A DNA stretch of 64,000 nt from Escherichia phage DCP2: sequence record OR780565.1. One strand, 5' to 3'. Positions 39,241 through 50,665 of the stretch are shown here, piece by piece. The stretch's first letter is position 1, and the number at the start of each line of letters is the position of its first letter. The notes beneath the pieces were generated by a model. The model saw only the letters and a program-made list of their open reading frames with translations, did no database searches and was not told where the DNA came from. A program made the position numbers and the translations under genes.

Positions 39241-39483
39241 ATGCACATTGTTTTATTTAAACCTACTCCGTATAATGTCAGGAAAAATACTCAATTCAAA
39301 GCACTTATTGCAGATACGTGGGAATTGGTGTTAGATATTCCAGCAGAAGAAAGTCCTCCATTTGGTCGAGTGGAATTTATTAAGTTTGCTGTGCGCCCTA
39401 CGAAGCGGCAGATTCGCCAATGCAAAAGATACTTTCGTAAAATCGTCAAGTTAGAGAAACAGTTATTGATGCTAGTAAAATAG
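39241..39483 (+). CDS. Hypothetical basic protein, 80 aa
   Basis: ATG with SD gagga just after the dmd stop. Confidence 0.5.
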   Translation: MHIVLFKPTPYNVRKNTQFKALIADTWELVLDIPAEESPPFGRVEFIKFAVRPTKRQIRQCKRYFRKIVKLEKQLLMLVK

Positions 39484-39485
39484 TA

Positions 39486-39520
39486 GTTTACAAGCTGATA
39501 GAGTTGTGTTATAGTAATTC
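39486..39520 (+). promoter_or_regulatory. T4-type early promoter with inverted repeat
   Basis: GTTTAC then gtgttatagtaatt; arms ctgatagag / ctatcag. Confidence 0.6.
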
Positions 39521-39546
39521 TATCAGCTAATCGCGGAGAAAAGAAA

Positions 39547-39801
39547 ATGATGCTAGTTAATAGAGAATATCAGTTTAAATCAGAAGAAGATTTGGAAAAA
39601 TTCGCAAGTGGTTGTGAACTGAATAGACGCACAGCTAAAGTCATAGGATTAAAACCCTTTACAGTTCTAGATTGTGAAGTTTCTAAATTCCGCAGAGGGT
39701 GTTCTATTAGCGGTCATGCTCTGGTTGATGGGAACACATTTTTCTTTGTTTTTAGCGTCAGAGAACTTTTATTGATTAACGAACTTGAGGAAATAAAATA
39801 G
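39547..39801 (+). CDS. Hypothetical protein, 84 aa
   Basis: SD gcggagaaaag. Confidence 0.55.
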   Translation: MMLVNREYQFKSEEDLEKFASGCELNRRTAKVIGLKPFTVLDCEVSKFRRGCSISGHALVDGNTFFFVFSVRELLLINELEEIK

Positions 39802-39858
39802 TTTACTTTTGTTGGAAATTGAGATACTATATAAACATAAACTACTGAGGAGATTATC

Positions 39859-40152
39859 ATGAAAAAATTTGTTTTTGCTGCAATTTTTGCTTTAGCTTCT
39901 TGTGCTGCTCAGCCTGCTATGGCAGGTTATGATAAAGATTTGTGCGAATGGTCTATGACTGCAGATCAGACTGAGGTTGAAACTCAGATTGAAGCAGATA
40001 TTATGAACATCGTTGAGCGTGATCGCCCTGAAATGAAAGCTGAAGTACAAAAACAGCTTAAGTCTGGTGGTGTAATGCAGTATAATTACGTTCTGTATTG
40101 TGATAAAAACTTCAATAATAAAAATATCATCGCTGAAGTGGTAGGTGAATAA
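39859..40152 (+). CDS. sp: Spackle (periplasmic superinfection exclusion protein)
   Basis: 97 aa with signal peptide; position between 41 and 61; SD gaggag. Confidence 0.8.
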   Translation: MKKFVFAAIFALASCAAQPAMAGYDKDLCEWSMTADQTEVETQIEADIMNIVERDRPEMKAEVQKQLKSGGVMQYNYVLYCDKNFNNKNIIAEVVGE

Positions 40153-40164
40153 TTAGAGGCTAAT

Positions 40165-40329
40165 ATGAAAACGTTTAAAGAATTTATTAAAGAAGATATG
40201 GTAGCTGGAGATTCAGGTGGTAATCCTGAAAATATCTCTACTGGAACAACGTCAGGCGCTGTAGTAAATAAAGGTCCTGAACAGATTCCTAAAAAGAAAA
40301 AAGAGGAATCTAAAGAAAAAGAAGAGTAA
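40165..40329 (+). CDS. Hypothetical protein, 54 aa, Lys/Glu-rich tail
   Basis: ATG after sp; stop just before the gene 61 start. Confidence 0.45.
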   Translation: MKTFKEFIKEDMVAGDSGGNPENISTGTTSGAVVNKGPEQIPKKKKEESKEKEE

Positions 40330-40332
40330 AAA

Positions 40333-41361
40333 ATGTCATCAATACCTTGGATTGATAATGAGTTTGCATATCGTGCGCTAGCTCATTTACCTAAATTCAC
40401 ACAAGTAAATAATAGTTCAACTTTTAAATTACGGTTTAGATGCCCTGTTTGTGGAGATTCAAAAACCGACCAAAATAAAGCTCGTGGATGGTATTATGGC
40501 GATAATAATGAAGGAAATATTCATTGCTATAACTGTAACTATCATGCACCAATCGGAATATATTTAAAGGAGTTTGAACCTGATTTATATCGTGAGTATA
40601 TCTTTGAAATAAGAAAAGAAAAAGGTAAAAGTCGTCCAGTAGAAAAACCTAAAGAACTTCCTAAACAACCCGAGAAGAAAATAATTAAATCTCTTCCGTC
40701 ATGCATTAGATTAGATAAACTGACGGAAGACCATCCAATTATAAAATACGTAAAAGCTCGTTGTATTCCAAAGGATAAATGGAAATATCTTTGGTTTACA
40801 ACCGAATGGCCTAAATTAGTTAATAGTATAGCACCAGGAACATATAAAAAGGAAATACCTGAGCCTCGTCTTGTTATTCCAATTTATAATGCTAATGGAA
40901 AAGCTGAGTCTTTTCAAGGACGTGCATTAAAGAAAGATGCTCCTCAAAAATATATCACCATCAAAGCTTATCCTGAGGCAACAAAAATCTATGGTGTTGA
41001 ACGAGTTAAAGATGGTGATGTATATGTTCTAGAAGGACCTATAGATTCACTTTTTATTGAAAATGGTATAGCTATTACGGGTGGTCAATTAGACCTAGAA
41101 ATTGTTCCATTTAAAGATAGACGTGTATGGGTTTTAGATAATGAACCTCGTCACCCTGATACTATTAAACGAATGACTAAATTAGTTGATGCAGGAGAAA
41201 GGGTTATGTTTTGGGATAAATCTCCCTGGAAATCAAAAGATGTTAATGATATGATTAGAAAGGAAGGTGCAACCCCTGAACAAATTATGGAATATATGAA
41301 AAATAATATTGCCCAAGGGTTGATGGCTAAAATGCGGCTATCTAAATATGCTAAGATTTAA
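40333..41361 (+). CDS. 61: DNA primase gp61
   Basis: 342 aa; N-terminal zinc ribbon CPVCGDS...CYNCNYH and Toprim EGPIDSLF. Confidence 0.95.
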   Translation: MSSIPWIDNEFAYRALAHLPKFTQVNNSSTFKLRFRCPVCGDSKTDQNKARGWYYGDNNEGNIHCYNCNYHAPIGIYLKEFEPDLYREYIFEIRKEKGKSRPVEKPKELPKQPEKKIIKSLPSCIRLDKLTEDHPIIKYVKARCIPKDKWKYLWFTTEWPKLVNSIAPGTYKKEIPEPRLVIPIYNANGKAESFQGRALKKDAPQKYITIKAYPEATKIYGVERVKDGDVYVLEGPIDSLFIENGIAITGGQLDLEIVPFKDRRVWVLDNEPRHPDTIKRMTKLVDAGERVMFWDKSPWKSKDVNDMIRKEGATPEQIMEYMKNNIAQGLMAKMRLSKYAKI

Positions 41362-41558
41362 ATTAATCCAACTAAAGCAAATGCTAAATCTACGAATGTA
41401 TCGAGAGTAATTACTGGAATACTAACGCCATGAGCAATAGCAATTGGCGATAAAATAAAGTTCCATAGTAAAATTCCTATCATAGCAGAAATAGTAAAAG
41501 CTATACGTTTTTTATTACCTTTTATGGCATTAACAAGTGCCATTAATTTTTGTACCAT
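41358..41558 (-). CDS. Small membrane protein, 66 aa, on the opposite strand
   Basis: Minus-strand ORF with a strong SD (AAAGGAGG 7 nt before ATG); two hydrophobic segments; its stop overlaps the gene 61 stop. Confidence 0.5.
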   Translation of the reverse strand: MVQKLMALVNAIKGNKKRIAFTISAMIGILLWNFILSPIAIAHGVSIPVITLDTFVDLAFALVGLI

Positions 41559-41607
41559 GCGTCGTCCTCCTTTAAATTAAATATTTATCGCAAATTTTAC
41601 AAAATTT

Positions 41608-41641
41608 GTTTACTTTCTCAGCTTGCTGTGGTATTATAAAA
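41608..41641 (+). promoter_or_regulatory. T4-type early promoter
   Basis: GTTTAC then gctgtggtattataaa; arms ctcagc / gctgag flank the -10, the second overlapping the SD. Confidence 0.65.
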
Positions 41642-41662
41642 TAAACTGCTGAGGATAATATA

Positions 41663-43000
<1,338 letters not shown>

Positions 43001-43002
<2 letters not shown>

Positions 43003-43028
43003 TTGCTTATATATTCAAATGATATAAT
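43001..43028 (+). promoter_or_regulatory. Candidate MotA-dependent middle promoter for gene 56
   Basis: aattgcttat box then TATAAT at 43023. Confidence 0.55.
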
Positions 43029-43062
43029 TATTTAACTTATTAATGAATTGAAAGGAAAAATA

Positions 43063-43581
43063 ATGGCATACTTTAATGAATGTTCACAACTGATTGAAGG
43101 CGCTGATAAAGCTCAAAACGAATACTGGGATATTCTCGGTGATGAAAAAGACCCGCTGCAAGTTATGCTTGATATGCAGAAATCTCTGCAGGTTCGTTTA
43201 GCTAAAGATAAACCTGAATATAACCGTCATCCTGATGATTTGGCTACTGCGGGTGAAGTTGTTGATTGGCTGCGTAATCAGAAAGATTATATTGATGATG
43301 AATTCCGCGAACTATTGACTTCTCTTGGTGGTATGAGCAATGGTGAAAAAGATGCATCTGCTGTATGGAAGCCTTGGAAAGCTCAACATGGTGAACGACG
43401 TGAAACTCTGATTACTGATTTGTCTCCACAAGACCAGTTGGAAATTAAATTCGAAATGATTGATATTCTTCATTTCGTTCTGAACATGTTCCAAGGTCTC
43501 GGTCTTACGGCTGAAGAAATCTTTAAACTTTATTATCTGAAAAATGCTGAAAACTTCGCTCGTCAAGACCGAGGTTATTAA
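43063..43581 (+). CDS. 56: dCTPase/dUTPase gp56
   Basis: 172 aa from ATG with SD aaagga; MazG-like; matches T4 gp56 as recalled. Confidence 0.9.
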   Translation: MAYFNECSQLIEGADKAQNEYWDILGDEKDPLQVMLDMQKSLQVRLAKDKPEYNRHPDDLATAGEVVDWLRNQKDYIDDEFRELLTSLGGMSNGEKDASAVWKPWKAQHGERRETLITDLSPQDQLEIKFEMIDILHFVLNMFQGLGLTAEEIFKLYYLKNAENFARQDRGY

Positions 43582-43781
43582 TGGCTCGTTTAAATAAACG
43601 TCAACTTAAGAAAGCCCACAAGAAACGTATTGACCAGCTATTTAAAAATTATGACAAGGAGCTCACATACGAGCTCCTATCTAATCAGCTCCACAAAGCT
43701 TACACAATTAAAACTGGACATATACAATTAGGTAAGGTGCATGAAGAAGCCTTAAAATTAATTATAGAGCATTCAAAATGA
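43581..43781 (+). CDS. Hypothetical basic protein, 66 aa
   Basis: TAATG overlap with gene 56. Confidence 0.5.
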   Translation: MARLNKRQLKKAHKKRIDQLFKNYDKELTYELLSNQLHKAYTIKTGHIQLGKVHEEALKLIIEHSK

Positions 43782-43965
43782 AATTTGATTTTTATGCATG
43801 GCAAAAAGCCGGGAGACCGGCTAGTTGAGCATTTGGTTCTGATGGATATAATATTAGAGCTCATTGGAAGTTTAATGCTCCAGCCGATTATTCTCCGGTA
43901 ATTATTAACGGTGATGTTGTTATATTAACTAAAATTGGGTATTTTAACGTTCCGCAAGAATTTAT

Positions 43966-43973
43966 TATAAATA
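43966..43973 (+). promoter_or_regulatory. T4 late promoter (TATAAATA) upstream of soc
   Basis: Exact TATAAATA about 30 nt upstream of the soc ATG. Confidence 0.6.
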
Positions 43974-44002
43974 GTCATGTAATTTAAATAAAGGAGAATT
44001 AC

Positions 44003-44248
44003 ATGGCTAGTACTCGCGGTTATGTTAATATTAAAACATTTGAGCAAAAATTAGATGGAAATAAGAAAATTGAAGGAAAGGAAATTTCTGTAGCTTTCCC
44101 TCTTTATTCTGACGTTCACAAAATTTCTGGCGCTCATTATCAGATATTCCCTTCAGAAAAAGCAGCATATTCTACAGTATATGAAGAAAATCAACGTACT
44201 GAATGGATTACTGCAAACGAAGATTTGTGGAAAGTAACTGGTGAATAA
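44003..44248 (+). CDS. soc: Small outer capsid protein Soc
   Basis: 81 aa; near-identical to T4 Soc as recalled; SD aaaggag. Confidence 0.95.
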   Translation: MASTRGYVNIKTFEQKLDGNKKIEGKEISVAFPLYSDVHKISGAHYQIFPSEKAAYSTVYEENQRTEWITANEDLWKVTGE

Positions 44249-44254
44249 ATTCAA

Positions 44255-44278
44255 GGACTCCTTCGGGAGTCCTTTTTT
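44255..44278 (+). terminator. Hairpin terminator
   Basis: ggactccttcgggagtcc followed by tttttt. Confidence 0.75.
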
Positions 44279-44288
44279 CATTTTACCG

Positions 44289-44321
44289 GTTTACTTTCCA
44301 AAATGAGTATGGTATAATAAA
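44289..44321 (+). promoter_or_regulatory. T4-type early promoter
   Basis: GTTTAC then gtatggtataataa; the 26 bp before it are identical to 3641..3666. Confidence 0.65.
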
Positions 44322-44344
44322 ATTATCTTATAGAGGAGAGCACT

Positions 44345-44557
44345 ATGTTAAATCGCTGGATTAAACCAAATGAAGACCTCCAGAAGGTTCTTGATAAAGC
44401 TATCTCTGATAAATGGGGTATGAAAAGCTGGGATTGTGATATCGTCACGCATTCATTCATGATGCATGCAGATGGTTCAGTCGAGTTCAATGCTGAAATG
44501 CGATACACTGATTGGGGTGGATTTCAAAGAGTCGAATTTCAAAGAGGCTTTTTGTAA
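44345..44557 (+). CDS. Hypothetical protein, 70 aa
   Basis: SD tagaggagag. Confidence 0.55.
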   Translation: MLNRWIKPNEDLQKVLDKAISDKWGMKSWDCDIVTHSFMMHADGSVEFNAEMRYTDWGGFQRVEFQRGFL

Positions 44558-44895
44558 TGTTTATCTTTAATTGGTTTAAAAGTTTCTTTACGGATTTTTT
44601 CTCTACAACTCCCGGAGAAGGTGTAGTTCCTATTTCAAATGACTACCTTCCTTTAACTGTAGTTGAATATGTTTATATGGGAGATGGAACAGTAGAAGCA
44701 GTTACTATGACTTATGAAGAAGCCCAGGAATATTATAAAAATCCTTGGCGTTGGTCAACACCTACATCATCTAATACGCAGAATACACAGTCTAGTTCTG
44801 ATTCATATGATACTAATGTTCCTGTTCATGTGTGGACGGGCGATTCATGTGGAAGTTCTTGTGATTCTAGTTGTTCATCTACATCTTGTGATTGA
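44557..44895 (+). CDS. Hypothetical protein with Cys/Ser-rich C-terminus, 112 aa
   Basis: TAATG overlap; SD aaagagg; C-terminal [17 protein letters not shown]. Confidence 0.5.
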   Translation: MFIFNWFKSFFTDFFSTTPGEGVVPISNDYLPLTVVEYVYMGDGTVEAVTMTYEEAQEYYKNPWRWSTPTSSNTQNTQSSSDSYDTNVPVHVWTGDSCGSSCDSSCSSTSCD

Positions 44896-44903
44896 GGAAA
44901 ATT

Positions 44904-45389
44904 ATGGAAGCGATTTTGTTTGAAATGTATATTAGCAGTAATAGTATGTCGTTTGCTAAAGACGTTCCAATTACCGTAGCAGTAATGATTGATAAGGGTT
45001 ATTGTGACCCAATGTATCTCGTAGAAAATTTCGTTTCAATGCCAGTTCCAGAAGATGCTGAAATAAAACTTAAAAAGATTGGTATCATTGAAACTGTACC
45101 AAATATTCCATTTAGAGCAATTGAAGCATTTACTAAATCCGAATACATTAATGTTAGCGCAGAACAATATAATGATAAACCTTTATCTTTCTATTCGTAC
45201 GATTCATTATATAGTTGGAAAATAGATAAAGGAAATAAATTTATAATTGCGAGTGAAGACGCTTTATCATATTTTATTTCTTCTGTATGGAATAGTTTAC
45301 ATCCAAATTTGCTAAAAATTCATGAATTTGACGATGCTTCTACTGTCGTTTTAGGTAAAACAAATGAAAGTTCTGAAGAAAATGTTTGA
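44904..45389 (+). CDS. mrh: Mrh-like protein (modulator of host heat-shock sigma)
   Basis: 161 aa from ATG with SD gaggaaaatt; length and position fit T4 mrh. Confidence 0.65.
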   Translation: MEAILFEMYISSNSMSFAKDVPITVAVMIDKGYCDPMYLVENFVSMPVPEDAEIKLKKIGIIETVPNIPFRAIEAFTKSEYINVSAEQYNDKPLSFYSYDSLYSWKIDKGNKFIIASEDALSYFISSVWNSLHPNLLKIHEFDDASTVVLGKTNESSEENV

Positions 45390-45567
45390 ATGGTTCAATA
45401 GACCAAACTCAATGTACATTGATGATGGTTGGGTTGAACAAGCAAATAAAGAAATGCAGAACGAATCGGAAGAATGGATGAAATCAATGATTAGTGCTGA
45501 GAAAGAAAAGAAATTAGAACGCTCAGCGCTTAAATTGATGAGAGATATCTATGGGGATAAATCATGA
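45364..45567 (+). CDS. Hypothetical protein, about 67 aa
   Basis: Overlaps mrh 3' end; start uncertain (45364 or 45382). Confidence 0.4.
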   Translation: MKVLKKMFEWFNRPNSMYIDDGWVEQANKEMQNESEEWMKSMISAEKEKKLERSALKLMRDIYGDKS

Positions 45568-45728
45568 ACAGAGATATGACGCTAGAAGAGGCCAAGGCTA
45601 AAGCAAATGAAGCACTGGATTTGCTTCTTAAAATTGGCAGTAAAATGATGGAAGAAAATGAGAAATATATCCAGGAAAACAAAATTCCTGACGGCCCATT
45701 AGTAGGCAAAAGGAAATCACATGATTGA
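45564..45728 (+). CDS. Hypothetical protein, 54 aa
   Basis: ATGA overlap with upstream ORF. Confidence 0.4.
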   Translation: MNRDMTLEEAKAKANEALDLLLKIGSKMMEENEKYIQENKIPDGPLVGKRKSHD

Positions 45729-46191
45729 AGTAGCAAAACATTATTCAATAGAATTTATGTCTAAAGAAGGTAAATCAGTAAATGCACTTGATAAAAAATG
45801 CTCATTAATTATTCCTTTAGCAGAAAATCCGGATCTTTTAATTAAAGATATAAAAGAAAGAAAATATCCAGAAAATGTTATTCTAATTATAAAGCATACT
45901 GAAGATATTTTACAGAATACTGATTCACCGTTTTCTTCTTCTGAAGCTTTAACTATTAAAGGCTATAAAAGAGCTCATGAATATGGTCTTTTTGACCTGT
46001 TTGAAGATGATAAAGTTAAATTAGCGAGTCAACCTTTTAAAAGTAAAACATTCATTATTGAAGATATTAAAGATATAAATGCATTTGTTAAGATGGTCTG
46101 GGCTCATTTTGATGTTGGACTACGCTGGAGAATGTCTGAAGAAGAAAGAAAGATTATTGAAGCTAATCGTCAATTTGGTTTTTATCGCTAG
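45721..46191 (+). CDS. Hypothetical protein, 156 aa
   Basis: ATG overlapping upstream 3' end. Confidence 0.55.
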   Translation: MIEVAKHYSIEFMSKEGKSVNALDKKCSLIIPLAENPDLLIKDIKERKYPENVILIIKHTEDILQNTDSPFSSSEALTIKGYKRAHEYGLFDLFEDDKVKLASQPFKSKTFIIEDIKDINAFVKMVWAHFDVGLRWRMSEEERKIIEANRQFGFYR

Positions 46192-46199
46192 GAATTAGT

Positions 46200-46382
46200 A
46201 TGGATTTATTTGAGATGTTAGAAGATAATCATTCTACGAATATCCAGAATGATTCTAGTGATTATAAGAAAGAATACCGTATAGTATTACAGAATTATGG
46301 AATTGAAGCCCCAGATGCTCTTCTAGAAGAACTAGCTTCATACCATCTTGACCCTCCGCCCTGGGCTCCCTGGGCAAAATAA
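46200..46382 (+). CDS. Hypothetical protein, 60 aa
   Basis: ATG after ggaattagt. Confidence 0.5.
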   Translation: MDLFEMLEDNHSTNIQNDSSDYKKEYRIVLQNYGIEAPDALLEELASYHLDPPPWAPWAK

Positions 46383-46393
46383 TTCAAAAAGTT

Positions 46394-46426
46394 GTTTACT
46401 TTCCTTCCTAACAATGATATGATAGC
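46394..46426 (+). promoter_or_regulatory. T4-type early promoter
   Basis: GTTTAC then caatgatatgatag. Confidence 0.6.
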
Positions 46427-46449
46427 TTCTGAAGTATATGGAGGCTATC

Positions 46450-47073
46450 ATGATTATTAATCTTGCAGATGTTGAACAGTTATCTATAAAAGCTGAAAGT
46501 GTCGATTTTCAATATGATATGTATAAAAAAGTCTGTGAAAAATTTACTGACTTTGAACAATCAGTTCTTTGGCAATGTATGGAAGCCAAAAAGAATGAAG
46601 CTCTTCATCGGCAGTTGAATAAAATCGTTAAAAAGCATTTAACTAAATCACCTTATCAGCTATATCGTGGTATATCAAAATCGACAAAAGAGCTCATTAA
46701 AGATTTACAAGTTGGAGAAGTGTTTTCAACGAATAGAGTAGATTCATTTACTACTAGTTTGCACACAGCGTGCGGTTTTTCTTATGTTGAGTATTTCACT
46801 GAAATAATATTTCGCTTAAAAACTGATAAAGCTTTTAATTACTCTGACCATATCAGCGATATTATACTTTCTTCTCCTAATACTGAGTTTAAGTATACAT
46901 ATGAAGATACTGATGGATTAGATTCAGAACGTACTGATAACTTAATGATGATTGTGCGTGAACAAGAATGGATGATTCCAATTGGAAAGTATAGAATAAC
47001 TTCTATTTCAAAAGAAAAATTACACGATTCATTTGGAACATTTAAAGTGTATGATATTGAGGTAGTTGAATGA
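46450..47073 (+). CDS. modB: ADP-ribosyltransferase ModB
   Basis: 207 aa from ATG with SD ggagg; R-S-ExE pattern (YRGIS, STN, EQEWMIP). Confidence 0.8.
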   Translation: MIINLADVEQLSIKAESVDFQYDMYKKVCEKFTDFEQSVLWQCMEAKKNEALHRQLNKIVKKHLTKSPYQLYRGISKSTKELIKDLQVGEVFSTNRVDSFTTSLHTACGFSYVEYFTEIIFRLKTDKAFNYSDHISDIILSSPNTEFKYTYEDTDGLDSERTDNLMMIVREQEWMIPIGKYRITSISKEKLHDSFGTFKVYDIEVVE

Positions 47074-47672
47074 AATATTCAGCAATGCAATTAAAAGATT
47101 TTAAAATCAAATCAATGGATGCATCGGTGCGTGCTTCTATTCGTGAAGAATTACTTTCTGAAGGATTTAATTTATCTGAAATTGAACTTTTAATTCATTG
47201 TATTACTAATAAGCCAGACGACCACTCTTGGTTAAATGAAATAATCAAATCTCGTTTGGTTCCAAACGATAAACCTCTTTGGAGAGGTGTTCCAGTTGAG
47301 ACTAAGCAGGTGTTAAATCAAGGAATTGATATTATTACATTTGATAAAGTAGTATCAGCTTCATATGATAAAAATATAGCTCTACATTTTGCTTCTGGAT
47401 TAGAATACAATACACAAGTTATTTTTGAATTCAAAGCTCCTATGGTATTTAATTTTCAGGAGTATGCTATAAAAGCTCTACGTTGTAAAGAATATAGTCC
47501 GAGTTTTAAATTTCCAGATAGCCATCGCTATCGTAATATGGAATTAGTTTCAGATGAACAAGAAGTAATGATACCAGCTGGAAGTGTATTTAGAATTGCG
47601 GATAGATATGAGTATAAAAAGTATTCAACATACACTATCTATACTCTTGATTTTGAAGGATTTAATCTATAA
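47070..47672 (+). CDS. modA: ADP-ribosyltransferase ModA
   Basis: 200 aa; ATGA coupling to modB; R-S-ExE pattern (LWRGV, SASYD, EQEVMIP). Confidence 0.8.
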   Translation: MKYSAMQLKDFKIKSMDASVRASIREELLSEGFNLSEIELLIHCITNKPDDHSWLNEIIKSRLVPNDKPLWRGVPVETKQVLNQGIDIITFDKVVSASYDKNIALHFASGLEYNTQVIFEFKAPMVFNFQEYAIKALRCKEYSPSFKFPDSHRYRNMELVSDEQEVMIPAGSVFRIADRYEYKKYSTYTIYTLDFEGFNL

Positions 47673-47727
47673 TGGAAGGACTTAGATTCATTATACCATG
47701 AAAGTTTTAAAGCATTTTTCATAAAGT

Positions 47728-47761
47728 TGTTTACAAGCTGAAGTAAAAATGATATAGTATA
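47728..47761 (+). promoter_or_regulatory. T4-type early promoter
   Basis: GTTTAC then aatgatatagtat. Confidence 0.65.
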
Positions 47762-47787
47762 AGTAGTTAACCGTCCGTGAGAAAAAT

Positions 47788-48534
47788 ATGAAACTGTCTA
47801 AAAATCAAATTCGTAAAATTACACGTCGTTTAGAGCATACTCAGGCATCAGCTAAAAGACGTTCTAAAGATTTTAACTTAGACTTCAATTACATTAAGAA
47901 CATTTTAGATCAGAAAGTTTGCGCTTACTCAGGAGAACCTTTTGATAATCGTATTGAAGGAGAGAAATTATCGTTAGAACGTTTTGATAATAACGTTGGA
48001 TACATTAAAGGGAATGTTATTGCAGTAAAGAAAAAGTATAATACATTTCGTTCTGATTATACTTTAGAAGAGTTGATTGAAAAGCGTGATTTATTTGCTT
48101 TGCGAATTGGTCGTTCATCTGCGAAAAAAGTTCATAAACTAAATTTAGATGAAAAGAAATGGGCTAAAATCAAAAAGACTTATAATCAAATTAAAGCTAT
48201 ACAGAAAAAACGCGAAAACCGAATTGAGCACATTTCTCAGCTTTCTAAATCAAAACAAACTTCTGACGTTAAGCTAACGATTATAGCACTTAAAGCTCGT
48301 ATTGATGGTTCTCGTATAGCAGAAGGCGCTGAAGTTGTTAAATTGAACGTTCTTCTTAAAGGCTCGGATTGGAAAACTGTGAAAAAGTTGTCAGAAGCAG
48401 AAATGCAATATGATATGTGTGATAAAATTATTCAAGGTGTAGAGCGGTATCAAAACTTGTCTTTTATTGATAAACTTAAACTGAAAAGAGGATACCCGCT
48501 AAATTGTTCAATTTTTAAACTTATCCGAGGATAA
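47788..48534 (+). CDS. srd: Srd-like protein (sigma-related early protein)
   Basis: 248 aa; position between modA and dda fits T4 srd. Confidence 0.65.
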   Translation: MKLSKNQIRKITRRLEHTQASAKRRSKDFNLDFNYIKNILDQKVCAYSGEPFDNRIEGEKLSLERFDNNVGYIKGNVIAVKKKYNTFRSDYTLEELIEKRDLFALRIGRSSAKKVHKLNLDEKKWAKIKKTYNQIKAIQKKRENRIEHISQLSKSKQTSDVKLTIIALKARIDGSRIAEGAEVVKLNVLLKGSDWKTVKKLSEAEMQYDMCDKIIQGVERYQNLSFIDKLKLKRGYPLNCSIFKLIRG

Positions 48535-48535
48535 T

Positions 48536-48847
48536 ATGTTTTATGTATATGCGATAGTGTATAGAGATAAAGATGGATTTGCGGTGCCTGTTCCTCTTGA
48601 TGAACATCGTCCTGCTATATTTTTTGAAAGGGAGATTGCTGATAAAGTATTTACAACTCTTAAAGAGCAGTATCAACTAGCTTTAGGTATGGGAATTCCG
48701 AGATTAGTCGAGACTCCACGCAAGTTTTGGTTTAATAAAATAGAAGTTAAACATGTTAAGCCTGATGTAGACACACAAAGATTATATCGGCGAATTTTAG
48801 ATACTGGGCGTATTGTTAGTATACCAATTGCAGGGAATTTACGATGA
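48536..48847 (+). CDS. Hypothetical protein, 103 aa
   Basis: SD gaggataat. Confidence 0.55.
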   Translation: MFYVYAIVYRDKDGFAVPVPLDEHRPAIFFEREIADKVFTTLKEQYQLALGMGIPRLVETPRKFWFNKIEVKHVKPDVDTQRLYRRILDTGRIVSIPIAGNLR

Positions 48848-50163
48848 CATTTGATGATTTGACCGAAGGCCAGAAAAATGCCTTTAACATTGTTATGAGG
48901 GCTATTAAAGAAAAGAAACATCATGTAACTATTAATGGACCTGCTGGTACTGGTAAGACTACTCTTACTAAGTTCATCATTGAAGCTTTAATATCTACGG
49001 GCGAAACTGGCATTATTTTAGCAGCTCCTACTCATGCAGCTAAAAAGATTCTTTCAAAACTATCAGGGAAAGAAGCGAGTACTATTCACAGTATTCTTAA
49101 AATTAACCCTGTAACATATGAAGAAAACGTTCTTTTTGAACAAAAAGAAGTACCGGATTTGGCTAAATGCAGAGTATTAATCTGTGACGAAGTGTCAATG
49201 TATGATAGAAAGCTATTTAAAATTCTGCTTTCAACTATCCCGCCATGGTGTACTATAATTGGAATAGGCGATAATAAGCAAATTAGACCTGTTGACCCAG
49301 GAGAAAATACTGCTTATATCAGTCCATTTTTTACGCACAAAGATTTTTATCAGTGTGAACTCACTGAAGTTAAACGCAGTAATGCTCCTATTATTGATGT
49401 AGCTACTGATGTTCGTAACGGTAAGTGGATTTATGATAAAATTATTGATGGGCATGGAGTACGTGGATTTACCGGTGATACCGCTTTACGCGATTTTATG
49501 GTAAATTATTTTTCAATCGTAAAATCACTAGATGATTTGTTTGAAAATCGTGTGATGGCATTTACGAATAAATCTGTTGATAAGTTAAATAGCATTATTC
49601 GTAAAAAGATTTTTGAAACTGATAAAGATTTTATTGTCGGTGAAATTATTGTAATGCAGGAACCATTAATTAAAACATATAAAATTGATGGAAAGCCTGT
49701 GTCAGAAATTATTTTTAATAACGGACAATTAGTTCGTATTATAGAAGCAGAGTATACATCAACATTTGTTAAAGCTCGTGGTGTTCCTGGAGAATATCTA
49801 ATTCGTCATTGGGATTTAACAGTAGAAACTTACGGCGATGATGAATATTATCGTGAAAAGATTAAAATAATTTCATCTGATGAAGAGCTGTATAAGTTTA
49901 ACCTATTTTTAGGTAAAACTGCAGAAACTTACAAAAATTGGAATAAAGGCGGAAAGGCTCCATGGAGTGATTTTTGGGATGCTAAATCACAGTTTAGTAA
50001 AGTGAAAGCACTTCCTGCATCAACATTCCATAAAGCTCAGGGTATGTCTGTAGATCGTGCTTTCATCTATACACCTTGTATTCATTATGCAGATGCTGAA
50101 CTAGCACAGCAGCTTCTTTATGTTGGTGTCACTCGTGGTCGTTATGATGTGTTTTACGTATGA
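48844..50163 (+). CDS. dda: DNA helicase Dda (SF1)
   Basis: 439 aa; Walker A GPAGTGKT; ATGA coupling. Confidence 0.95.
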   Translation: MTFDDLTEGQKNAFNIVMRAIKEKKHHVTINGPAGTGKTTLTKFIIEALISTGETGIILAAPTHAAKKILSKLSGKEASTIHSILKINPVTYEENVLFEQKEVPDLAKCRVLICDEVSMYDRKLFKILLSTIPPWCTIIGIGDNKQIRPVDPGENTAYISPFFTHKDFYQCELTEVKRSNAPIIDVATDVRNGKWIYDKIIDGHGVRGFTGDTALRDFMVNYFSIVKSLDDLFENRVMAFTNKSVDKLNSIIRKKIFETDKDFIVGEIIVMQEPLIKTYKIDGKPVSEIIFNNGQLVRIIEAEYTSTFVKARGVPGEYLIRHWDLTVETYGDDEYYREKIKIISSDEELYKFNLFLGKTAETYKNWNKGGKAPWSDFWDAKSQFSKVKALPASTFHKAQGMSVDRAFIYTPCIHYADAELAQQLLYVGVTRGRYDVFYV

Positions 50164-50184
50164 TTAAATTTGAGGAAGCTATTC

Positions 50185-50430
50185 GTGGAAATAACTAAAG
50201 ACCAGTTTTATCTACTTCAAGATAAAGTGAGCGAAATTTATGAAATAGCTTATAGTAAAAATTGTACAAATGTAAAAATTAAATCAGGCAAGTTAATGCT
50301 TCAACTAGAAGAAATTGAACGAGATTTGATTGCGTTAGAATTCTTTTGTGGTGAAGTGAAAACTGTTACAATCAGTGATTACGTTTTAGGTGAAATTAGC
50401 CATCTTTATAAGGCGGTTATTAATGATTGA
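50185..50430 (+). CDS. Hypothetical protein, 81 aa (tandem paralog a)
   Basis: GTG 6 nt after SD gaggaag. Confidence 0.45.
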   Translation: MEITKDQFYLLQDKVSEIYEIAYSKNCTNVKIKSGKLMLQLEEIERDLIALEFFCGEVKTVTISDYVLGEISHLYKAVIND

Positions 50431-50665
50431 ATTAAGTTTGCATCAGTTTAAATCTCTTATGACAAATGTTAAAGCTGTCATTCAAGAAAATTCAGGACCT
50501 GATAATGTTACTATTCGCGAAAAAGCTTTAAAGATAGTATACAGTCTTGAAGAGATACAAAAAGATATTGAATCTATGGCAAAATTTATTGATGAGCCCA
50601 TTAATAAAGTTTATATCCAAGATTATACTGTAGGTCAAATTCGCGATTTAGCGAGGAAAATTTAA
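50423..50665 (+). CDS. Hypothetical protein, 80 aa (tandem paralog b)
   Basis: ATGA overlap; visibly related to the preceding small ORF. Confidence 0.45.
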   Translation: MIELSLHQFKSLMTNVKAVIQENSGPDNVTIREKALKIVYSLEEIQKDIESMAKFIDEPINKVYIQDYTVGQIRDLARKI

